Shown: one piece after another, positions 9,163 through 16,646 of the stretch
Layout of the letters: every line of letters begins with the position of its first letter
How positions within the stretch are numbered: position 1 is the first letter of the stretch
Assembly (NCBI GenBank): GCA_044448685.1
Contig: JBIOHC010000003.1
Coordinates: 72,865-136,864, forward strand
Source of the DNA: Bacteroidia bacterium
GTDB lineage: Bacteria > Bacteroidota > Bacteroidia > Palsa-965
Direction of reading: 5' to 3'
Length of the DNA: 64,000 nt
The notes under the pieces: generated by a model
The model's database searches: none
The model's input: the letters and a program-made list of their open reading frames with translations, nothing else
Told to the model about the DNA's origin: nothing
Position numbers and translations under genes: made by a program

Positions 9163-11763
9163 TCAATGCATTTTCATTGCCAGGACACATGCTTTTTTGA
9201 GTTGCTCTGTTCGTCCGCGTGCATTGAACACATCAAACAGGATGAGGTATATACCAACCGCAGCCTTCTGCCTGTTATCACAGGTTCCATCCCAGGTCAG
9301 GCTGCCTTCTTCTCCAAGCAATACATTCTTCATGAGGTTCCTCACCAGGATTCCGCGTGAATCGAAAATGTTCAGATTGCCGATATATCCCGGTCCATCC
9401 AGATGGTAGTGAATTCCCAATACATCCATGTAGCCGTCATCATCCGGTGAAAATATTTCATCGTCCAGGCTTAAAACCGACGTTCCTTTTGTTTGCATCC
9501 ATTGTGAATTCCTGTCTCCCGGAGTGCCGAACCCTGCTGTTTCAGCTGCCGAATGCCAGTTGCCTGCATTCTGGGAAGGCTGATCATAATCAACCCTTTC
9601 CAGAGCTACTCCTTTTGTGCTTGACAGGAGCGGGAATTGCCAGGACGAAGAATAATTTACCTGATCCAGCACTGTTCCATCTTTGGCCAGCACAGCAAGA
9701 GATCCTCCTCCCATATTCATTTTAGGCAAGGCCGGCATATCAATGAAGTTCTCCGGATGCTGAGTCCGGTAATGCTTTTTGATTGTATTGCCGTTCCTGC
9801 TGAGTACACAATAATCTCCCGGAAAGAAAAGAAAGCCCGAATTACAAATCAGCTTCCTGTCGGAAACAAGACCCGTTACCGAATCCAGTGAAGCTATATC
9901 AACATCTTTAAAATCCAGGACTTTGTTGGACCGGTTATACAGCTCTATGTATTTTTCTTCTCCCGGCTTTTCATCCGCCAGTATTTCATTTATGACGAGG
10001 TCATTTGGCATGGGTTTATCCGGTATAGCAAACTCCAGGCTTCTTTCTTCCGTTTGTGAATTTCCGGCACAATCCTTTATTCCCCCCGTTACCTGCATGG
10101 TATAAAGGATACCTTGCTGTAAAGGGCTGCTCAGAAAAAACAGAATTCCAGAATAGTCATTCCGGACAGGTTTCAGTCCGGAAACGCTCAGCCCATGATC
10201 CATGCTGTACCTGCTTTTGTCAAAGAGCGTAGTGCTGTCAAGAGGTTCGTTAAAATACAGGCAGATGGTATCGGGGGAAAGGATTCCAACCCGCACGGGG
10301 AATGGGCTTGTCTGATCCGGATTAACTGTCCTTGCCGAATTTGTTTTGCAAGGTGTTCCCCCCTCAGCATTATTGGATGCCGTCCAGTTACCTTCTCCTC
10401 CGCAAGGGTTGGAAGGATCTATTTGTTCCAGTGACCAGCCCCCTTTTTTCTTGAAGGCATCCCCGTACCATGAATCGGAATAGGTTACAGAACTCATCAC
10501 ACGTCCTGAATCCGTACACAAGGTCAGTTCCGCCCCTGTATTGTTCAAGGCTGAAAATCCTGTTAAGGCATATACCGGAAGAGACGGGTCAAATGCTGCA
10601 GATGCCGTTGCCGGACAAATGAGCAGGAAACTATCCGGCATAATATTTATGCCTTGCAGGGTATGAGTCTTCTTACCCTGGGTAAGCGTCCATCCATCGA
10701 GGGAGATGGGCATGTTTCTTCGGTTATACAATTCAATATATTCATAGGGAGGGAGGCTGACCGGTGGATTGGGATTGGCCATGATTTCATTTATCACCAC
10801 ATCGAAAAGCCGGGGAACATAGCGCCAGAAAACGGAAGTGTCCGGATTCATTTTATCCCCGTTCCGGTTTTTGATGTTGTTGGTAAGTAGTCTGTATCGT
10901 TGATTGGGAGTGATGGCCTGTGAAAAGCTGAGGTGTACCAGACCGGCAAGGGAAGCATCCGGGATGCAGGAAAGGGGGTTTCTCAAACCCTGATCACAGG
11001 TATAATTGCCTGCCGTTACTTCTGTCAAAGAGTCGGGGTTCAGATTGAACTGGAGGTCCAGCTGGCGGTCTCCTATAGTTTGAACAGAAAGCACTTTGGG
11101 TAAGGTATGATCCACAAAAACGGGACCTGCATAAAAATCGTCCCAGTAAAATTTGCTGGCATCAGTCTTGGTATACAATGCCCAAACACCCATAAAGGAG
11201 CAGGAGATAATTGATGTATCGGTTCCTGTGGCTTCCAGTTTATAGTTTGATCCTGCAAGGGGGTCAACCAATAGCTTCCAGGTTCCGGAAGAATCCCGGA
11301 GTACTTTGACGGTGACTGCAAATGAATTTGCAATTTCTCCGTTTACTCCCCGGCAAACAGAAACGGAGCCGGTTCCGTTTTGCCTGAAGAGCTCCACTGC
11401 ATCATTGCTTCCCGCTTCCCCAAACTGAAGGTAATAACCATTCAGGCTGTCTTTGAGGTTAATCCTGTCGGATACCAGATACACCCTTCCGTTATTATTA
11501 CCCGAAGGGGAGAAGTTTTCCCGGATATAAAACCTCCACTCCTGATTGCCGAGTCTGGTAACCGGAAAGGCTGATGCCAGGCAGGCATTTCCCGGGCCTG
11601 TATCATGCAGCTGAAGCTGGGAGAGGGCATTGACGACGAACAGATCTGAATCGCCGGTCCAGTGGGGATTATGGGTAAAATCACCGTCTGAGAAGTCATC
11701 GGTAACGATTTGTGTTCTGCCTGCCAGTGGCAGGAGCAGGAACAAAAGAACGAGCTTATACAT
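9163..11763 (-). CDS. Large secreted lamin-tail-domain (LTD) protein with a T9SS type-B-like C-terminal sorting domain.
   Basis: Start taken at MYKLVLLFLLLPLAGRTQ, a signal peptide, because the first M of the ORF at 11814 is unlikely. Two LTD-like motifs are present (VINEIMANPNP ... YEYIELYN and LVINEILADEKPGEEKYIELYN). The C-terminus (FSPDDDGYMDVLGIHYHLDGPGYIGNLNIFDSRGILVRNL ... WDGT ... GIYLILFDVFNARG) fits the gliding-motility type-B CTD pattern. Confidence 0.6.
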   Translation of the reverse strand: MYKLVLLFLLLPLAGRTQIVTDDFSDGDFTHNPHWTGDSDLFVVNALSQLQLHDTGPGNACLASAFPVTRLGNQEWRFYIRENFSPSGNNNGRVYLVSDRINLKDSLNGYYLQFGEAGSNDAVELFRQNGTGSVSVCRGVNGEIANSFAVTVKVLRDSSGTWKLLVDPLAGSNYKLEATGTDTSIISCSFMGVWALYTKTDASKFYWDDFYAGPVFVDHTLPKVLSVQTIGDRQLDLQFNLNPDSLTEVTAGNYTCDQGLRNPLSCIPDASLAGLVHLSFSQAITPNQRYRLLTNNIKNRNGDKMNPDTSVFWRYVPRLFDVVINEIMANPNPPVSLPPYEYIELYNRRNMPISLDGWTLTQGKKTHTLQGINIMPDSFLLICPATASAAFDPSLPVYALTGFSALNNTGAELTLCTDSGRVMSSVTYSDSWYGDAFKKKGGWSLEQIDPSNPCGGEGNWTASNNAEGGTPCKTNSARTVNPDQTSPFPVRVGILSPDTICLYFNEPLDSTTLFDKSRYSMDHGLSVSGLKPVRNDYSGILFFLSSPLQQGILYTMQVTGGIKDCAGNSQTEERSLEFAIPDKPMPNDLVINEILADEKPGEEKYIELYNRSNKVLDFKDVDIASLDSVTGLVSDRKLICNSGFLFFPGDYCVLSRNGNTIKKHYRTQHPENFIDMPALPKMNMGGGSLAVLAKDGTVLDQVNYSSSWQFPLLSSTKGVALERVDYDQPSQNAGNWHSAAETAGFGTPGDRNSQWMQTKGTSVLSLDDEIFSPDDDGYMDVLGIHYHLDGPGYIGNLNIFDSRGILVRNLMKNVLLGEEGSLTWDGTCDNRQKAAVGIYLILFDVFNARGRTEQLKKACVLAMKMH

Positions 11764-12006
11764 ATGTACAGAATGCCCCGAAGCGAATTTAAGACAGTGA
11801 AGGCGGGAAGTCAAGCCAGACGAGATTCAATTTGGTGCCATTTTTATGTTTCGGTCCGACCAAACTTTTTCGGGTGAAACGTATTGGTATTGAAAATTTA
11901 CTGATATTTGTACCCTATGTCAAGAACAACAACCTGCATGAAGCATAAGAAACCTGCCCGGTACGGGAAAGGCTTCTGATGGTGCATGCATCGGGATATA
12001 CGAAAG

Positions 12007-12032
12007 GCCTTTCCAGACGGAGAGGCTTTTTT
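12007..12032 (+). promoter_or_regulatory. Terminator-like hairpin plus U-tract in the 5' leader of asd. Candidate attenuator or riboswitch expression platform.
   Basis: GCCTTTC-cagacg-GAGAGGC, a 7-bp stem with one G-U pair, followed by TTTTTT. It sits 42 nt upstream of the asd MKVAVVG start. No gene lies upstream on this strand. Confidence 0.35.
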
Positions 12033-12073
12033 GTTTAAGTATTTAGTTGAATATGAACCCAAACACACAAACA

Positions 12074-13063
12074 ATGAAAGTAGCAGTAGTAGGCGCCACC
12101 GGACTGGTAGGCACTAAAATGATGCAGGTACTGGAAGAGCGGAATTTTCCGGTGACAGAATTTATTCCGGTAGCTTCTGAAAAGTCGGTCGGGAAGGAAG
12201 TTGTTTTTCGGGGAAAATCCTGGAAGGTGGTGGGTATGAAGGAAGCAATCAGTCGTAAACCGGCTATAGCACTTTTTTCGGCCGGAGGCAGCACATCTCT
12301 TGAATGGGCTCCTCAATTTGCAGCTGCAGGAATAACTGTCATAGACAATTCCTCAGCCTGGAGAATGGATCCGGGGAAGAAACTCATTGTACCTGAAATC
12401 AATGCTACTGAACTGACAAGCTCCGACCGTATTATTGCCAACCCGAATTGTTCAACTATTCAGATGGTGGTTGCACTCTATCCCTTATACCTCAAATACG
12501 GTATCAAAAGGATTGTGGTTTCAACCTACCAGAGCGTAACCGGAACAGGGGTAAAGGCGGTTACCCAACTGATGAATGAAAGGCAAGGTGTAAAAGGAGA
12601 AATGGCGTATGCCTACCCTATTGACCTGAATGTGATTCCTCAGATAGATGTTTTTACCGACAATGGGTATACAAAGGAAGAAATGAAAATGGTCAATGAA
12701 ACGCGGAAGATCATGGGCAATCAGAACATACAGGTAACTGCAACAACAGTCAGGATACCGGTTATGGGAGGGCATAGTGAAGCCGTGAATGTAGAGTTCG
12801 AAAAAGAGTTCACACTGGAAGAAGTAAGGTCATTGCTTACGAATGCTGCCGGAGTAATCCTGACCGATGATGTAAAAAATCAGAAATACCCCATGCCAAT
12901 GGATGCACATGATAAGGATGAGGTGTTTGTAGGCCGCTTAAGAAGGGATGAAACCCAGCCTAAAACACTCAATATGTGGATTGTTTCTGACAACCTGCGC
13001 AAAGGAGCGGCCACCAATGCCATTCAGATTGCAGAATACCTGATTAAACATAAACTGGTTTGA
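12074..13063 (+). CDS. asd: Aspartate-semialdehyde dehydrogenase.
   Basis: MKVAVVGATGLVGTKMMQVLEERNFP NAD-binding N-terminus, the active-site region (IANPNCSTIQMVVAL) and the overall length. The ORF is open from 12047, but the conserved start is at 12074. Confidence 0.9.
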   Translation: MKVAVVGATGLVGTKMMQVLEERNFPVTEFIPVASEKSVGKEVVFRGKSWKVVGMKEAISRKPAIALFSAGGSTSLEWAPQFAAAGITVIDNSSAWRMDPGKKLIVPEINATELTSSDRIIANPNCSTIQMVVALYPLYLKYGIKRIVVSTYQSVTGTGVKAVTQLMNERQGVKGEMAYAYPIDLNVIPQIDVFTDNGYTKEEMKMVNETRKIMGNQNIQVTATTVRIPVMGGHSEAVNVEFEKEFTLEEVRSLLTNAAGVILTDDVKNQKYPMPMDAHDKDEVFVGRLRRDETQPKTLNMWIVSDNLRKGAATNAIQIAEYLIKHKLV

Positions 13064-13819
13064 TTAACTGTTGCGAACCGGGAATGAGGAGCCCTGCTGT
13101 ATAACAGCAGGGCTCTTTTGTGGAAGAGCTTGTAAAGGAAACATCTGTACGTCTGACCCTTTGATGAGCATAGCGTTTACCGGATCCTGTCTGTTCAGGA
13201 ATGCAAAACGCTCTCCGAAGAGTTCCTGAAAATCCAGACCTGCGGAATAATCATAGAGCGTATAGAGTTCCCATTCGGGGTGAGCAACCCGGAATTTGAA
13301 TGTCTTGCCTTTACCATTCCTTGAAAATCCGTAATAGCGGTGCTCCAGAAAATATTCCCGGGTTTGGGCCTCGGGAATAAAAGTGTTCCGGAATGCCTTT
13401 GCCTGAATGCTGTAGGGAATTCCATTTCTTTCCAGGATATAGCTTACCCTTATTTCTTTCTCATCCCCCTCTACCTTGCTGAGGATTTGCGCCCTTTCAT
13501 AATGCTCTTTATAAAACGTGTTGGCAACAGTATTCATAAGTCTGCCCGGTGCAAATTCACGGATAAAGACCACCCCTTTGTGATCCTTGTCGTGCACATA
13601 AAAACGCAGGTTGAGTTCTGAGAAATCCTGATAAAAAGGAGCTTTTATTCCCAGAAAACGGGTATCCAGAAACTGAAATGGAACAATGCTTAGAAAGGCC
13701 TTTCCTTGTTCAATATCCAGTTCCACCCCGGAAGGTAAATAAGGTTTCAGCACATCCGGATTCACGGCATAGGTAATATTGATGAGGTTGGTCCAGCGGG
13801 CACAGAGGAAAGGTTTCAT
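13064..13819 (-). CDS. DUF2071 (YqjF-like) family protein.
   Basis: 251 aa. WTNLINITYAVNPDVLKPYLP N-terminal pattern. It is the last gene of a tight four-gene minus-strand operon and overlaps the SRPBCC gene by 4 nt. Confidence 0.5.
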   Translation of the reverse strand: MKPFLCARWTNLINITYAVNPDVLKPYLPSGVELDIEQGKAFLSIVPFQFLDTRFLGIKAPFYQDFSELNLRFYVHDKDHKGVVFIREFAPGRLMNTVANTFYKEHYERAQILSKVEGDEKEIRVSYILERNGIPYSIQAKAFRNTFIPEAQTREYFLEHRYYGFSRNGKGKTFKFRVAHPEWELYTLYDYSAGLDFQELFGERFAFLNRQDPVNAMLIKGSDVQMFPLQALPQKSPAVIQQGSSFPVRNS

Positions 13820-14295
13820 CGGTTCTGGTTTAGAAGCTGACAGGACGGATTTTCCGCTTCCTGTTTAATCAGTCTGTTCCTTTCTTCCAGAAAGCCTTTC
13901 ATATACTGGGTCAGGAACAGTTTACAAAACAGGCGACCTAATAACCCTAAAGGAGATTCAAAATCAAATACATCTTTCATTTCTGTCCCGCCTTCTATTC
14001 TCTGAAAGAGATGCAGGTGGTGTAATTTCCGGAAAGCCCCTTGCTGCATTTCACTTACAAAGCGAATCGGATATTCGAATTCGGTAATGCGTGATGTCAG
14101 GTTTTGCCATATCCCCAGATGCCGGGCTCTCCAGGTTACTTCATCATGCAGCCCCATCAGTCCCTTTGTTTTACCTGCCAGGACACGTTCTCCTGTTTTA
14201 GAGGTGGAAAGCAAATGCAGTTCCACACTCCTGGAAAGATCAAAACAGATTTCCGGACTGGCCAGAATGCGGGTGTGTAAAATAATGCGTGGCAT
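13816..14295 (-). CDS. SRPBCC (polyketide cyclase/START-like) family protein.
   Basis: 159 aa. The size and hydrophobic ligand-pocket pattern fit the SRPBCC fold. It is translationally coupled to its neighbours on both sides. Confidence 0.55.
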   Translation of the reverse strand: MPRIILHTRILASPEICFDLSRSVELHLLSTSKTGERVLAGKTKGLMGLHDEVTWRARHLGIWQNLTSRITEFEYPIRFVSEMQQGAFRKLHHLHLFQRIEGGTEMKDVFDFESPLGLLGRLFCKLFLTQYMKGFLEERNRLIKQEAENPSCQLLNQNR

Positions 14296-14296
14296 G

Positions 14297-15244
14297 CTAC
14301 CGTGTATGTGTCAAATCAGCAATTGCTTCAGAAGCTGTATTGAATTTGAAAACAAATCCATTTTTCAGCAGGCGTCCCGGAACAACCCATCTGCTTTTTA
14401 ATACCAGTTCTGTTTCCGTGCGGAGAAAGAATGCTCCTATGCCCAGCATCCAGCCCGGGGTACGGAAGCTGAACGGAGCTCCTGCCGCTTTACGAACCAG
14501 AGCCATAAATTCCCTGTTTGTACACGGAACCGGAGCCGTGCAATTAAAGGCCCCTTTCCAATCCTTATGTTGTATGCAGGCTGCAACGACACCGGCAAAA
14601 TCCTTTTCATGTATCCAGCTCATGTATTGATTCCCGCTACCCATCGCTCCTCCAAGACCTTTTTTGGCCAGCCCGGTTAATACAGGCAAGACCCCATGAT
14701 CTTTTCCAAGCACCATAGCAATACGCAGTATTATTTTACGGGTATGAGGGCATGGATATTTGGCAAGCGCTTCTTCCCAATGGGTACATATGTCTACAGA
14801 AAAACCCTTTCCCACTTCCCCGCTCTCTTCATCCATAGGCTTGTCTTCGGCATGTCTGTAAATGGTTGCTGAACCGGCATTGATCCACACAGGGGGTGGT
14901 AGTTTGCAAGCTGCAACAGCAGCACCCAAAGCTTCTGTGCTCTGAACCCTTGAGTTCATTATCTCTGCCATGTTCTTTTCTGTATAGCGGCAATCCACTG
15001 AGCGCCCGCTCAGGTTGATGAGGACATCAGCTCCTTCGAGCTCCTTACACCAGAGCCCGGGATTCACTCCATCCCAGTAAACAACCTTTGCCCCGCTTAC
15101 TTGTTCATTCCGCTTGCGGCTTAAAATGGTATAGCGGGCCTCCTTATAAGGGAGGAAACCTATCAGACTTTGGCCCATTGCACCGCTGCCACCGGCAAGG
15201 ATAATGTGCAAAGGTTTGTTTCGGTCAATCGGGGCTGTTTTCAT
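14297..15244 (-). CDS. TIGR01777/YfcH-family NAD-dependent epimerase/dehydratase (SDR with a C-terminal DUF1731).
   Basis: 315 aa. Rossmann ILAGGSGAMGQSL motif, about 300 aa long, with a C-terminal extension typical of YfcH-like proteins. Confidence 0.65.
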   Translation of the reverse strand: MKTAPIDRNKPLHIILAGGSGAMGQSLIGFLPYKEARYTILSRKRNEQVSGAKVVYWDGVNPGLWCKELEGADVLINLSGRSVDCRYTEKNMAEIMNSRVQSTEALGAAVAACKLPPPVWINAGSATIYRHAEDKPMDEESGEVGKGFSVDICTHWEEALAKYPCPHTRKIILRIAMVLGKDHGVLPVLTGLAKKGLGGAMGSGNQYMSWIHEKDFAGVVAACIQHKDWKGAFNCTAPVPCTNREFMALVRKAAGAPFSFRTPGWMLGIGAFFLRTETELVLKSRWVVPGRLLKNGFVFKFNTASEAIADLTHTR

Positions 15245-15301
15245 GCTTCTTACGTTTAGTTCAATACTTTCAATAATTATTGAAACATTCGGACAAAAAA
15301 A

Positions 15302-15808
15302 TTATTTCAGCAACTTCATCAAGGCGCTGAGGTACCATACTTCATCTGCTTTTGAAATGGATTCCAGGACCCTGTCGGTACGGGAGGCGAAATTGCTGAT
15401 TCCTTCAATGGATTCATTGAAGGCTTTTATGGCCGGGTCTTTCTTATCTCCATCTATTTCCTGCAGCTCTTCCAATACTTTGAAGATTGGCTCGAGTTCC
15501 CTCCTCCTGCGTTCTTTCACCACCTGTCGGAACACCTTATAGATATCCTTCTCGGCCTGGAAAAACTCCCTTCTTTCACCCGGCTTCAAAGCTTTCTGAA
15601 CCAAACCCCAGTCTATCAGTGCCCGTATATTCAGGTTGGCATTGCCCCTTGAAATCTTCAGTTCATCCATGATTGTTTCGGCAGAAAGGGGTTCGGGCGA
15701 GATGAGCAGGAGGGCATGAACCTGTGCCATGGTGCGGCTTATACCCCAGTTGGACCCAAGTGTTCCCCAGGCTTCTATAAACTTTTCCTTTCCTTCCTGC
15801 AGCTTCAT
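15302..15808 (-). CDS. GbsR/MarR-family transcriptional regulator.
   Basis: 168 aa. Winged-HTH region (WGISRTMAQVHALLLISPEPLSAETIMDELKISRGNANLNIRALIDWGLV), characteristic of the GbsR family. Confidence 0.7.
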   Translation of the reverse strand: MKLQEGKEKFIEAWGTLGSNWGISRTMAQVHALLLISPEPLSAETIMDELKISRGNANLNIRALIDWGLVQKALKPGERREFFQAEKDIYKVFRQVVKERRRRELEPIFKVLEELQEIDGDKKDPAIKAFNESIEGISNFASRTDRVLESISKADEVWYLSALMKLLK

Positions 15809-15880
15809 GTGTTGGGATTAACACCCCAAAGGTAGGATCTCTTTTCGAACTTTCAAAATATAATGAAAGTTTACTAATAA

Positions 15881-15913
15881 CCCCTCCCTTTAGGGAGGAG
15901 GTGAAGGGAGGGG
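15881..15913. promoter_or_regulatory. GC-rich perfect inverted repeat (9-bp arms) in the divergent GbsR/MORN intergenic region. Candidate operator or structured element.
   Basis: CCCCTCCCT-ttagggaggaggtga-AGGGAGGGG. The inner sequence is itself palindromic (CCTCCC ttta GGGAGG). Confidence 0.4.
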
Positions 15914-15996
15914 ATTAAAGGGGTTTATTCCAATTTTTTCCGTAACTTGCCTATTCTTCAGGTCTGATTCGAACCAATAACCTGAAGTACACCATC

Positions 15997-16545
15997 ATGA
16001 AACAACTGTTTATTCTGTGTCTCTCCCTGTTTATTGCAGGCTCTGTCTCTTCCCAAACAGTAAAAACTGAAAAATGGAAGAACGGAAAGGATAAATCCAC
16101 AGGAGCCTATAAAATGGATATTCCTGTCAGCGCCAATGCCAGCAAGGAAGACCTGGCCAAGATAAGCGCACAGCTGGTGAAAGTAGGAACCTGGAAATAC
16201 TGGTTTGAAAGCGGACAACTTCAGGCTGAAGAGAATTATACAGACGGACTGCGCAGCGGCATTCAGAAATCCTGGTATACCAATGGTAAACCGGAATCAG
16301 TTGTTGATCTGAACGCGAAAACAGCCATCTACTGGTATGATAATGGTCAGAAACAAAGTTCCGGTCAGGTGCTTTCGAATGCAGCCCCTACAGGACACTG
16401 GACTTCCTGGCATTCCAACGGTGCAAAAAACTCAGAAGGTGTATACAATGCCGCCGGAAACAAAGAAGGATCCTGGCAGTTCTGGGATTCCAATGGCCAG
16501 CTCATTGGTCAACAGACATATAAAAACGGTATTGCACAAAACTGA
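15997..16545 (+). CDS. MORN-repeat-variant lipoprotein (YwqK-like).
   Basis: 182 aa. Signal peptide, then repeated GxWxxWxxNGQ motifs (WKYWFESGQL, KSWYTNGKPE, IYWYDNGQKQ, WTSWHSNGAK, WQFWDSNGQL). Confidence 0.6.
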   Translation: MKQLFILCLSLFIAGSVSSQTVKTEKWKNGKDKSTGAYKMDIPVSANASKEDLAKISAQLVKVGTWKYWFESGQLQAEENYTDGLRSGIQKSWYTNGKPESVVDLNAKTAIYWYDNGQKQSSGQVLSNAAPTGHWTSWHSNGAKNSEGVYNAAGNKEGSWQFWDSNGQLIGQQTYKNGIAQN

Positions 16546-16577
16546 TACATTTCCATTATCCCTCTTCCTTCTTCTCT

Positions 16578-16605
16578 GCTCCCGGTTGGCGGGAGCATTT
16601 TTTTT
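16578..16605 (+). terminator. Rho-independent terminator after the MORN-repeat gene.
   Basis: GCTCCCG-gttgg-CGGGAGC followed by ATTTTTTTT. Confidence 0.7.
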
Positions 16606-16646
16606 AGTACCGGGCCCATAACAAAGCCCATCCTTAAAACTCAATT

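Noticed and set aside
11815-12073. Lysine (L-box) riboswitch upstream of asd.
   Set aside because: I could not find the conserved AGAGGNGC P1 start or the GGGGAGCGUCGCCGA-type core. Only a terminator-like hairpin is evident. It is left as an unclassified leader element.
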